From Promethearchaeia archaeon (lineage in GTDB: Archaea > Asgardarchaeota > Lokiarchaeia > Sigyniarchaeales > SOKP01), in NCBI GenBank assembly GCA_046497275.1, contig JAWOFX010000148.1, forward strand, positions 2,525-34,524: DNA of 32,000 bases, written 5' to 3'. A model generated the notes under the pieces. It was not told the origin of the DNA. It did no database searches and worked only from the letters and a program-made list of their open reading frames with translations. The first letter of the stretch is position 1. The number at the start of each line of letters is the position of its first letter. The position numbers and the translations under genes are program-made. Positions 1-8,657 of the stretch are shown in pieces.

Positions 1-138
1 AAAGGTTATTCAAGCGTACTAAAACAAATTAATTTAAGCATTTCAATGTATAAGAATGTCGGTGGCAAACTAAATGAAGCAGAAATAGAAGAATTAGAAA
101 ACAAAATTAGATTTTGGAAATCAAAATTGGGAATATAA
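1..138 (+). CDS. 3' end of a hypothetical protein (partial, runs off the left edge)
   Basis: Frame 1 is open from base 1 (KGYSSVLKQINLSISMYKNVGGKLNEAEIEELENKIRFWKSKLGI) to TAA at 136-138. It converges on the next gene. Not in the ORF track. Confidence 0.7.
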   Translation, partial: KGYSSVLKQINLSISMYKNVGGKLNEAEIEELENKIRFWKSKLGI

Positions 139-168
139 TAAATTAGACTATCTTTTTTCTCTTATTGT

Positions 169-1236
169 TTAAAATAATTTAGGATTTCTTATCTTCAATA
201 GCTTCTCAATTATATGGAAAATTTCATTTTTTGAACCTATATAGGCTAAAAGTTGATGAGTTGCTTCTCCTACAGAATTACCGTTTTTGGTTTTAAATAT
301 ATCTAATTGTAATTCTATTTCACCATAACGTAATTCTGATCTTTTTGGAGATTCTGAATTATAAGATTGTATTACTCCAATTTCCGATTCAGGATGATCT
401 CTTGCAACATCAAAACATTCATCTTGCGATTTTGGGATATCATCAGACAGTTTGATTATAAGACCATAACTTTTTGATTCTGGTATATTCAAAATGTACC
501 CTATTTTCGCCTTTTTCGAAAAATCTATGTCTTCAGGTCGGATTGCAAGCTTATATATATCAAATACATCTATTTTAAATCCTATATAGTCTTTTTCTAT
601 AATAAGACGTTCATTTGGTATAGCACGAAAATAAGAAAGGGGTTTTGCTTTATGTTTGGTTGGTATTAAAACAGTTCCAGGATTTTCTGGCCCTCCACTT
701 ATTATATTTGTCAGGCTCCATCCATTTACTTTCAGATTCGGTTTGTTAAGAGTACATACATCATTATATTCAATACCGCAAAAGTTTAAAGCTGAGGATA
801 AAGGATCATCGATTAACTTTATATCTCGTGTGATATTGCCGTTATACATTTCCTTAGTCAGCTGATTTTCTACTTGGATTGATGTTTTCAGTTTGCACGA
901 TTGTTTTGAAGCATTCATAATTTTATAATGTGCTGGATCTAATTTATCTGGACAAAACCAACCCTCCCAATTCTCAGGGTTTCTATAGAAAAATAATCTC
1001 TCAGGACTGATCCAATATCTGTCTCCACCTATATCTCTTCGATTATTGGATATGGTTTCTTTTAGATTCGGATTTATCCACATCATACTATAAGAATTAA
1101 TATGGGGAAAAATTCCTATTGGTCTTCCACCATATTCAGAAATAACCACTTTGCTATTCTCGTTTAGTTCTAAAACTTTGAAAGTTGTTAAATCATCTAA
1201 AGAAGAAATCAAATCATTATATGTATAATAATTCAT
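169..1236 (-). CDS. Hypothetical protein, possibly galactose-mutarotase-like beta-sandwich (DUF4380/DUF6786-like)
   Basis: Long ORF. The first 18 codons of the track ORF are low-complexity AT-rich sequence, so ATG at 1236 (MNYYTY) is preferred. Motif GGDRYWISPE resembles the GG(H/D)RxWxxPE of that group; fold is recalled, not tested. Confidence 0.6.
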   Translation of the reverse strand: MNYYTYNDLISSLDDLTTFKVLELNENSKVVISEYGGRPIGIFPHINSYSMMWINPNLKETISNNRRDIGGDRYWISPERLFFYRNPENWEGWFCPDKLDPAHYKIMNASKQSCKLKTSIQVENQLTKEMYNGNITRDIKLIDDPLSSALNFCGIEYNDVCTLNKPNLKVNGWSLTNIISGGPENPGTVLIPTKHKAKPLSYFRAIPNERLIIEKDYIGFKIDVFDIYKLAIRPEDIDFSKKAKIGYILNIPESKSYGLIIKLSDDIPKSQDECFDVARDHPESEIGVIQSYNSESPKRSELRYGEIELQLDIFKTKNGNSVGEATHQLLAYIGSKNEIFHIIEKLLKIRNPKLF

Positions 1237-1345
1237 AGGTATGATAAGAGTAAAAACTATAAAAAAATAGATAAGACTTAAAAATTTCAATAATCTTTTT
1301 CTCTTAGTTTATTTTATCAAATATTAGAAGTTTATAAAAATAGTT

Positions 1346-2014
1346 ATGGAAAATTTACTTTTTTTGGTTCTTTATTTTATATTTGCAGGACTCAGCATTG
1401 TGGTTATACTAATAAAACAAGAAAAAATGCAATATATTTTTAAACCACTCTTAATCCCGCTCTTAATTATGTATTATATTTTTAATATTCCAATTGAAAA
1501 TGTTGATTGGTTTATTGTTGCTGGAATGACATGCGGTTTAGTAGGTAATATTTTTTTCATGCATATTAAAGAGAAGGAAATGTTTCTAAACGGATTGATT
1601 GTTCATAGTGTAGGCCATGGATTTTATGTATTTTCGTTTTTTTTTTATATAATCAATTTTTCAAGCTTTAGATTATGGAAATTGTTTCTAATGGCTCCAA
1701 GTATTATTATTGTACTAATAACTTATTATAAAATTAAAAATGATTATACGAGCATTAAAATAGCTATGATTTCTTACATAGCAATTGTATTGATGATGAA
1801 TCTTTTTTCTATTTTTCGTTTACCAGCGTCAGAAGGAGGAGACTTTTGGTTATTATGGGTAGGAACCTCATTTTTGCTTATCTCTTCAATACTTATAGCT
1901 TTAAATGAATTTTATGAAATGATTCCATTTTCAGAAGCTACAAGATTAGGAATATACTTTTTAGCCCAATTTTTTATTGTTCAAGGAGTTTTAATCACAA
2001 CATTATCTGCATAA
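1346..2014 (+). CDS. YhhN/TMEM86 (lysoplasmalogenase) family membrane protein, degenerate paralog
   Basis: About 7-8 TM helices with family motifs KPLLIP, G-x-x-F-x-x-x-H-x-x-Y and Y-x-x-AQ. Both conserved Asp positions are substituted (GLVGN, LLISS). Confidence 0.8.
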   Translation: MENLLFLVLYFIFAGLSIVVILIKQEKMQYIFKPLLIPLLIMYYIFNIPIENVDWFIVAGMTCGLVGNIFFMHIKEKEMFLNGLIVHSVGHGFYVFSFFFYIINFSSFRLWKLFLMAPSIIIVLITYYKIKNDYTSIKIAMISYIAIVLMMNLFSIFRLPASEGGDFWLLWVGTSFLLISSILIALNEFYEMIPFSEATRLGIYFLAQFFIVQGVLITTLSA

Positions 2015-2068
2015 GTCATAAAAACTCACAGAAGAATTATTTAAATAATATTATTCCGTAATGTAATT

Positions 2069-2734
2069 ATGATCCAATATATTTTTCTCGGAATTCTTCT
2101 ATTCGATTATATTTTACATGTGTATAGTGAAGCTATCGAACATAAGACACTTAGATATATCACTAAACCATTACTGATGCCTTTAATCATACTCTATTAT
2201 AGTTTTAGTGTGAGTTTATTAGCTATTAATTGGTTTTTAATTATTGCATTAATTTTTGGGATGTTGGGAGATATTTCATTGATGATTGGGAGAGAAGGGA
2301 AATGGTTTATGTTGGGCTTAGGTTCTTTTCTGATTGGACATATTTTTTATATAATTACATATCTTCTCTTAAGTGCACCTAACTTGCTTCAGTTCCCTCC
2401 TATTGGATGGTTACTTTTATTACCATTGATTGGACTTACCTTATTCTTCTTTTTCCGAATTAAGGGAAAGATGGGTGAACTACAAATGCCTACGATGATT
2501 TATTTGATTGTAATATTTCTAATGAGCTTCTTTGCAATGCTTCTATTATCTGTGTTCTCTCCATTAGCCTTTATTTTTATCTATCTGGGGCCAATTCTTT
2601 TTATTATTTCTGATGGATTAATCGCAGTTGATAAATTCGACAAAAAAATCTCAAAAGAGGGAGTATATGTAATGATAACCTATGTCCTTGCTCAATTATT
2701 CATTACGCAAGGAATAATCCTTTACCAAATATAA
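2069..2734 (+). CDS. YhhN/TMEM86 family lysoplasmalogenase
   Basis: KPLLMP, GMLGD, GLGSFLIGHIFY, LFIISDGLIA and TYVLAQ motifs are all intact; about 8 TM helices. Confidence 0.88.
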   Translation: MIQYIFLGILLFDYILHVYSEAIEHKTLRYITKPLLMPLIILYYSFSVSLLAINWFLIIALIFGMLGDISLMIGREGKWFMLGLGSFLIGHIFYIITYLLLSAPNLLQFPPIGWLLLLPLIGLTLFFFFRIKGKMGELQMPTMIYLIVIFLMSFFAMLLLSVFSPLAFIFIYLGPILFIISDGLIAVDKFDKKISKEGVYVMITYVLAQLFITQGIILYQI

Positions 2735-2827
2735 TATTTTTATTTTTTTTCTTTAATTTAAAATTCTAATAAATAGAGTTTGGCGTATTCTTTAACTAAA
2801 GTAAAAAAATTTTTAATGTACAAATAA

Positions 2828-2835
2828 TTTAAATA
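2828..2835 (+). promoter_or_regulatory. Candidate archaeal TATA box for tRNA-Thr
   Basis: TTTAAATA ends 25 nt upstream of the tRNA 5' end (2861). The AT-rich background lowers specificity. Confidence 0.45.
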
Positions 2836-2860
2836 TATAACTAAAATTTGCGCTATTTTT

Positions 2861-2963
2861 GCCTCTGTAGCTCAGTCGGTAGAGCGTTGCCTTGGTATTC
2901 GTTGGAATTGCTCCAAATAAACACACAGGCAAAGGTTCGCGGGATCATAACCCGCCAGAGGCT
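2861..2963 (+). tRNA. tRNA-Thr(GGT) with a 29-nt intron at 37/38 (2898-2926)
   Basis: Acceptor GCCTCTG/CAGAGGC, D-arm GCTC..GAGC, anticodon stem TTGCC/GGCAA, GGT at 2894-2896, T-stem GCGGG/CCCGC, discriminator T, no encoded CCA. The intron contains a TTGGA/TCCAA hairpin. Confidence 0.92.
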
Positions 2964-3147
2964 TCCTATATTATATTAGTAATAGTGAATTAGAATATTC
3001 TCAAAAAAAGTTATTAATAGAAACAAATTCTTTTCAATCTACTGAAGTAAAAACAAAAAGTTAATAAATTTTTAAAATTTGAAAAATTTAAGGTTATTAC
3101 CAGAGTTTTAACATATTTTATTTAAGACTCGTCCTTGTCAATATTCA

Positions 3148-3278
3148 GCCGATGTAGCTTAGTTGGTCATAAAACCAATATTGGTTTGACTTCAGCGCCA
3201 GACTCATAATCCTTCTGAAAAAAATGGGTCAGACTGGATGTATTCTGGAGGTCGTGGGTTCATATCCCACCATCGGCA
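3148..3278 (+). tRNA. tRNA-Met(CAT), elongator type, with two introns (3171-3193 in the D-arm; about 3210-3243 in the anticodon loop)
   Basis: Acceptor GCCGATG/CATCGGC, anticodon stem CCAGA/TCTGG, CAT at 3205-3207, T-stem GTGGG/CCCAC, discriminator A. The G1-C72, GCC start fits elongator Met rather than initiator or Ile2. Intron 1 folds into a bulge-helix-bulge. Confidence 0.9.
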
Positions 3279-3390
3279 CTCTTCTCTCCTCTAAATGATA
3301 ATACTCTTATTCTATCTACAATTAATATGTTTAATAACGATTAAGTCTCTATTGAGATAAAAGGAGATATTACAACTAGAACTCGACAAA

Positions 3391-4029
3391 ATGAAAAATG
3401 AAAAACTAGAATGGGTTATATTTGATGCATGGGGTGTAATATATACAAAACGCAATTTTATCCATAGTATCTTGTATCCTTTTTTAAAAAAATTAAATTC
3501 TGAAATTCAAGAGGAAGTGTTGTATAAGGAATATTTTAAGGCAAGTAGAGGAGAATTAACCTCTCGAAATTTCTGGAAAAATATTGGATACGGAGAACAA
3601 TACCCGGAAATAGAACAAGAATATTTAAAATCTATTTCATGTTTAGATAAAGACTTTATTAAATATATTCCTAAGATAAAAAAAGAGTTTCGAGTAGCTT
3701 TATTAACAAATGATGTAAAAGAATGGTCAAGACATCTTTTACATAAATTTGATATAATAAATTATTTTGAAGAAATTATAATAAGTGGAGAAGTGGGTTT
3801 TCGAAAACCTGGAACGGAAATTTTTGAATATTTTTTAGAACAAACTAGTATTAAGCCCATCAACAGCCTCTTTGTTGATGATAGGTTAACAAATTTGAAA
3901 GCAGCAACAGAAGTAGGAATTAATGTTATTCGATTCATTCGAAAAGAAAGAAAAACTCCTTTTTGTTCGGAATTCGAAGTTGGAAGCTTTAATGAGTTTT
4001 GGCATACTTTAAATAATTTCTATAGATAA
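3391..4029 (+). CDS. HAD-superfamily hydrolase (subfamily IA, YihX-like)
   Basis: Motif I FDAWGV, motif II LLTN, motif III RKP, motif IV FVDD. Confidence 0.88.
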   Translation: MKNEKLEWVIFDAWGVIYTKRNFIHSILYPFLKKLNSEIQEEVLYKEYFKASRGELTSRNFWKNIGYGEQYPEIEQEYLKSISCLDKDFIKYIPKIKKEFRVALLTNDVKEWSRHLLHKFDIINYFEEIIISGEVGFRKPGTEIFEYFLEQTSIKPINSLFVDDRLTNLKAATEVGINVIRFIRKERKTPFCSEFEVGSFNEFWHTLNNFYR

Positions 4030-4061
4030 AGAGATTAACAAGATTATTTTGATTTTAACGA

Positions 4062-4919
4062 TTATTTATATAATCTTAAGCTTGGAAAAAGATCGTTTGA
4101 AATTACTGATAAATCATATTCATGATAATTTTTTATAATATCTAAGAGAAATTCAAAATAATTTGATTGTATTTCTATTTCATATTTTTCACTCAAAAGA
4201 TAAATTAGTTCTTTCTTTGTAAATTCGCCTGTGTTAGAATGGTTCTGAAGAATGTTTATAATAGCCTTCGAGAGCTCAAACGCTTTTAAAACCTCATTCC
4301 TAAGCATAATTAATCCAGAAATCGGAAATTTCTCAGAGAGAAATTTTTTTATGATAGCACTCTCAATTTTGGCATTTTTCATAATTTTCTTTTTTTTCTC
4401 CTCATCAAAAATTTCATCATAATCAATTACTTCATAATTCTCATAATTATATCTATAACGTATATATTCTAATCGATTAAGAATAGCAATATTATAATCA
4501 AAAGAGATTTCAAAGATAAAATCAAGTATTTTAGGCAGTTCTTGAGATATTATCTCACTATCATTCAATAAAAGTACATCTTTCTTCAAAAATACACCTT
4601 TCAATATGGACGCAAGTTCGACTAAAGTTATATTGGATAATACTAATTTTAAATCAATTTTTTCAAGATTTCTATGTGAATTCAAACGATTTTCATCTTG
4701 AATGTTAATATTAGGCGATTCAAGTGTAAAATCACTGACAAAACTATCCCGAATGTTGAAATTTTTGTCAACATATGATATAAATGAATGGGGGCAAATA
4801 ATGGACTTATCAATATTTACCGCTACAATACCTCTTTTACTTTTTTCTAGTAGTGTCTCGTCTACTTCGATTTTTCCCGATTTATTACATACGGGACAAT
4901 GTATTTTAACTCTTTTCAT
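4062..4919 (-). CDS. Hypothetical protein with an N-terminal Zn-binding module (CPVC...CPH) and a helical, winged-helix-like C-terminus
   Basis: 285-aa ORF. CxxC plus CxH ligands, and an architecture I recognise as a Lokiarchaeia-type paralog family. Confidence 0.75.
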   Translation of the reverse strand: MKRVKIHCPVCNKSGKIEVDETLLEKSKRGIVAVNIDKSIICPHSFISYVDKNFNIRDSFVSDFTLESPNINIQDENRLNSHRNLEKIDLKLVLSNITLVELASILKGVFLKKDVLLLNDSEIISQELPKILDFIFEISFDYNIAILNRLEYIRYRYNYENYEVIDYDEIFDEEKKKKIMKNAKIESAIIKKFLSEKFPISGLIMLRNEVLKAFELSKAIINILQNHSNTGEFTKKELIYLLSEKYEIEIQSNYFEFLLDIIKNYHEYDLSVISNDLFPSLRLYK

Positions 4920-5083
4920 CCAAAAAATAAAATAAAATAATATATAATAATATTTTCTATTCCTAATTTTCCTACGACAATCTTAAATTATTTATAAAAG
5001 CTTTGATTAAGTTTTTGGATCTAAAAATATTTAGGATTTTAAAAAAGAACTAATTAAAGTGAGGATTAGGATATTTAATTGAG

Positions 5084-5848
5084 TTAAATTTCTAGTTTTC
5101 TCAAATCTTCGGCTATTATTACCTCATTCTTAAAAATCTCTTCCGCGGATTTTTTCATTAACGGCATTTGGCTTTCAAATATGGGTGAAATGTGAACTAA
5201 GACGAGCTTTTTCGAATTAGACTTTTTCGCCATATGAGCGGCATCGGAGGGAGTACAATGGTGATATTTATGGGCAACTTTCTGAAACTTATCTGGAAAC
5301 GTTGCTTCACAAATGAAGAGATCAGAGTTTTTCGCAAGTATTTCTATTCTCTGATTAGGTTTTGTATCACCCGAATATGTAAGTTTGGAATTTTGAGACT
5401 CAATAGAATATGCGTATGCGGGAAATCCATGCTCAACTTGGATTGCATTTATTTTATAGGAATAACATTCCTTTATTTCTTGGATCTCATCAGAATCTTT
5501 TAATTCAATAAAATCAATTTCAAAACTTCCCATATCTTCTGGAGTATGAGCGAGTTCGAGAATTGTTTTTATGGTTTTTTCAGTAGTTGGGGGTCCCACG
5601 ATTTTTATAGATTTTGATCGGCCTGTAATCCAATAATACCATAGGAGTGAACAAATTCCTAAAAAATGATCATTATGTAGATGAGTTATGCAGATATATT
5701 CTATTGAATCGATCTTCTTTAATCTAATCAGTTTTTGGGTCGTACCTTCTCCGCAATCCAAGAGTAAGTCATCATTAACTAGATAGGCGGGATATGTTCG
5801 ATTTTCTGAAATTATTCCTCCAGATGTTCCAATTAATGTTATGTTCAT
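5084..5848 (-). CDS. RNase Z-family metallo-beta-lactamase hydrolase lacking the flexible arm
   Basis: LIGTSG, LLDCGEGT, THLHNDH (HxHxDH), YSGDT, HHCT and LVHIS motifs. Only about 4 residues lie between AYSIE and KLTYSGD, where the RNase Z exosite normally sits. ATG at 5848 is preferred over GTG at 5857. Confidence 0.82.
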   Translation of the reverse strand: MNITLIGTSGGIISENRTYPAYLVNDDLLLDCGEGTTQKLIRLKKIDSIEYICITHLHNDHFLGICSLLWYYWITGRSKSIKIVGPPTTEKTIKTILELAHTPEDMGSFEIDFIELKDSDEIQEIKECYSYKINAIQVEHGFPAYAYSIESQNSKLTYSGDTKPNQRIEILAKNSDLFICEATFPDKFQKVAHKYHHCTPSDAAHMAKKSNSKKLVLVHISPIFESQMPLMKKSAEEIFKNEVIIAEDLRKLEI

Positions 5849-5872
5849 AAATAACACTATTTCTAATACTAA

Positions 5873-6685
5873 TTATTTTTTATCCTTAACTAATGTCCCA
5901 CCTGAGCGTTTTGTGGCATTATTCTTAAATTTTGTCTGGAATCCCGGTTGATAATTCATATATTTCGGTATGGGATATCTTAGTCCCGCTTTATGAGTAG
6001 CTTCTAATCCATCTATAAGTATCCCTATTTTATTATTAGGTATGGAAAATAATACTTCCGAATCATCAGCACCTCCCCATACTCGATCCCCATTTCCTAA
6101 GATTACTAATTGAGGTTCATTAGTTTGAAATGGTTTCACAACTCCTTCATGACAAGAACCCATACGTCCCGCCGCAGTAAAATCCATAACTCCACCTTTC
6201 ATATATAGATATGATTGGATTAATCGCATAGATTGTGCTGGTAAACAATATATTTGAATTATGTCAGGAACTATTTTAGTTCTTGTTAAGGGTGAGATAA
6301 TTAATCCAACAAAATTCTCATGAAAGATAAAAAGATGGTCATCTAATCTTTTTGAAGTTTCTAAATCTTTAGAATAAAGTCCTATGTTAAATTGGTGACC
6401 CCATTCTGCTATATTTTGTGTTATTGGATCCCATCCATAAACAGTTCTGGCCAATTTACAAGCAATATCTTTTTCTGTTATTGCTATTGTCCACCCATAT
6501 GATCGTGCCATTTTAAAATTCTGACAAACAAAATTATGCAAATCTAAATCTTTTTTAGGTCTTTTAGTATTTGGAGGTATTTCAGATTCATCTTTTATCA
6601 TTTTAATTGCTAATGGATAAGTTGCTGGTCTAATATATCTCTCAATAGCTTTTCCATATTCTTGAAATTTTGTTAAATCTTCCAT
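5873..6685 (-). CDS. DUF169 family protein
   Basis: PLAIK, CQ..AR..G, C..A....G, PDIIQIYCLPAQ, SC...VV, LGNGDR..GG.D.EV pattern. 24 nt separate it from the downstream hydrolase ATG, so they are likely co-transcribed. Confidence 0.8.
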   Translation of the reverse strand: MEDLTKFQEYGKAIERYIRPATYPLAIKMIKDESEIPPNTKRPKKDLDLHNFVCQNFKMARSYGWTIAITEKDIACKLARTVYGWDPITQNIAEWGHQFNIGLYSKDLETSKRLDDHLFIFHENFVGLIISPLTRTKIVPDIIQIYCLPAQSMRLIQSYLYMKGGVMDFTAAGRMGSCHEGVVKPFQTNEPQLVILGNGDRVWGGADDSEVLFSIPNNKIGILIDGLEATHKAGLRYPIPKYMNYQPGFQTKFKNNATKRSGGTLVKDKK

Positions 6686-6820
6686 TATTATACGTTATTA
6701 CAAATAATTCAAATATTAAATTGATAGTTTATCGTTATCTAATAAAACTATTTATTATTTTTGATTTATCTTTAATTTTTAACTATAAATTTTTTATCAA
6801 AGGAGTTAATAAATAATCTT

Positions 6821-8383
6821 ATGGAAAGATTAACATCAGAAAAAATTTCTTCGGAAGAGGTAGGAATACTTGATAATAATGCGGAATGGCTTGGCATTCC
6901 AAAAGCTCATTTAATGGAATGCGCAGGATATTCTTTTGCGACAGATATCATTCAAAGATATAGTTTAGATGAACGTTCAAAGGTTTTAATTTTTTGTGGA
7001 ACCGGAAATAATGGAGGAGATGGTTTTGTAATTGCTAGGCATTTATCAGCTTTTGGAATTCATTCAAAGATTCTTTTAATGGGAACACCAAAGAGTATTA
7101 GATCGGAAGAGGCTCTATTAAATTGGAATATTATATCAAAATCACTCACTCATAGTATAAAAACTGAGACTGTTAGGGACTCGACAGATATTGTTCAACT
7201 TGGAATTTTATTAGATCAAAAGAAAGAATCATACAAACTCATTATAGATGGTTTATTAGGAACAGGTATACAAGGAAAGGTAAGAGAACCATATGCGACG
7301 GCTATAGAGTTTATTGATGAAATTAAAGAACAAAAAGATATTCCTGTGGTTTCAATTGATGTTCCTTCTGGTTTAAATCCAAATACAGGAAAAGTTGAGG
7401 ATATAGCAGTAAAAGCAGATTTAGTCATTACTTTTCATAGAAATAAATTAGGGATGGAAATCGATGGAAATTATATCAGAGATATTGTTGTTAAGTCAAT
7501 AGGTATCCCAGAAGAAGCAAGTCTGTTCTTAGGACGAGGAAATTTACTTCCAAGCCTTAAATCTAGAAAAACGGATTTTCACAAAGGACAATTTGGAAGA
7601 ATGCTCGTCATAGGAGGATCTAAATTTTACTCAGGAGCTCCAGCTTATTCCTCGTTAACGGGAATTAATTTTGGGATTGATTTAGTCATTACTTATACTC
7701 CCCAAGTGATTGCGGATGTTTTGAGAACTTATTCTCCAAATATGATTGTAAGATCAAATCCTGGTGATTGGTTAACCATGGATGCTTTTGAAGAAATAAG
7801 TTCGTTAGTAGATTGGGCGAATGCTATTTTGATTGGTCCAGGATTAGGAGAAGAAAAAGAAACCGAAGAATTATTAATAAAATTGTTAAAGAAATTTAGA
7901 AAGGAAGAAAAATCGTTTGTATTAGATGCAGATGCATTAAAACTCATAAAAAACCACCATGATCTTGTTAAGGGACAGAAATGTATTTTAACTCCTCATG
8001 AAGGAGAATTAAAAATAATGTCGGAAATAGATCTGCCACCTTTTGACGATGTTAGTGGTCGTGGTAAAAAGATCCATAATCTTGCTAAAAACCTTGATCT
8101 AACTCTACTTGTTAAAGGTCCTTACGATTATATTAGCAATGGAAAGATTTTAAAACTGAATAGAACGGGGTGCCCTGAAATGGCTATTGGTGGAACGGGA
8201 GATGTTTTAGCAGGATTATGTACAAGCTTTTTAGCGACTATTAAAAATAGATTCGATTCCGCATGCGCAGCTGCTTTTTTAAATGGATATCTTGGAGAAT
8301 ATATTAAGGAAATTATCGGACCGCGTTTTACTGCATTAGATATGATTGAAAATATAAATGATTCAATTCAAAGCCTTCTATAA
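6821..8383 (+). CDS. nnr: Bifunctional NAD(P)H-hydrate epimerase/dehydratase (YjeF/Nnr)
   Basis: LMECAG, CGTGNNGGDG, IIDGLLGTG and SIDVPSG in the epimerase half; HKGQFG, IGPGLG, VLDADAL, LTPHEGE and GGTGDVLAG in the dehydratase half. Confidence 0.95.
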   Translation: MERLTSEKISSEEVGILDNNAEWLGIPKAHLMECAGYSFATDIIQRYSLDERSKVLIFCGTGNNGGDGFVIARHLSAFGIHSKILLMGTPKSIRSEEALLNWNIISKSLTHSIKTETVRDSTDIVQLGILLDQKKESYKLIIDGLLGTGIQGKVREPYATAIEFIDEIKEQKDIPVVSIDVPSGLNPNTGKVEDIAVKADLVITFHRNKLGMEIDGNYIRDIVVKSIGIPEEASLFLGRGNLLPSLKSRKTDFHKGQFGRMLVIGGSKFYSGAPAYSSLTGINFGIDLVITYTPQVIADVLRTYSPNMIVRSNPGDWLTMDAFEEISSLVDWANAILIGPGLGEEKETEELLIKLLKKFRKEEKSFVLDADALKLIKNHHDLVKGQKCILTPHEGELKIMSEIDLPPFDDVSGRGKKIHNLAKNLDLTLLVKGPYDYISNGKILKLNRTGCPEMAIGGTGDVLAGLCTSFLATIKNRFDSACAAAFLNGYLGEYIKEIIGPRFTALDMIENINDSIQSLL

Positions 8384-8657
8384 TTTTTTTCAAAATATTT
8401 CTTTGAACACAAAATTTTTGAACAGAAAAAATAGCATTTAATAATACAAAAATACTCAATTTCCCTAAAATCTTATAAAAAACGGGAAAAGTAAAATTAT
8501 ATTAATACTAAATTTTTTATTTTTGTTAAAAAGTTTATAATTACAACACTAACTTTTTAATTCAAATTCACTATATAATTAATATATTTGAGATTAAAAA
8601 GAAGAATATATTCGAATATAGAACTAATAATAAAAAATTAATAAGGCTGAAAAATAA

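Noticed and set aside
2893-2895. Reading the first tRNA as Pro(TGG)
   Set aside because: Stem register puts GGT at 34-36; the GCC acceptor and U73 fit Thr, and Pro would need GGG at the 5' end.
2934-2939. GGTTCG as the T-loop motif of tRNA-Thr
   Set aside because: It cannot form a T-stem there; the perfect GCGGG/CCCGC stem fixes the loop as ATCATAA.
2861-4919. Integrated element at the tRNA genes
   Set aside because: No integrase or transposase, and I found no duplicated tRNA 3' end (att site) in the window.
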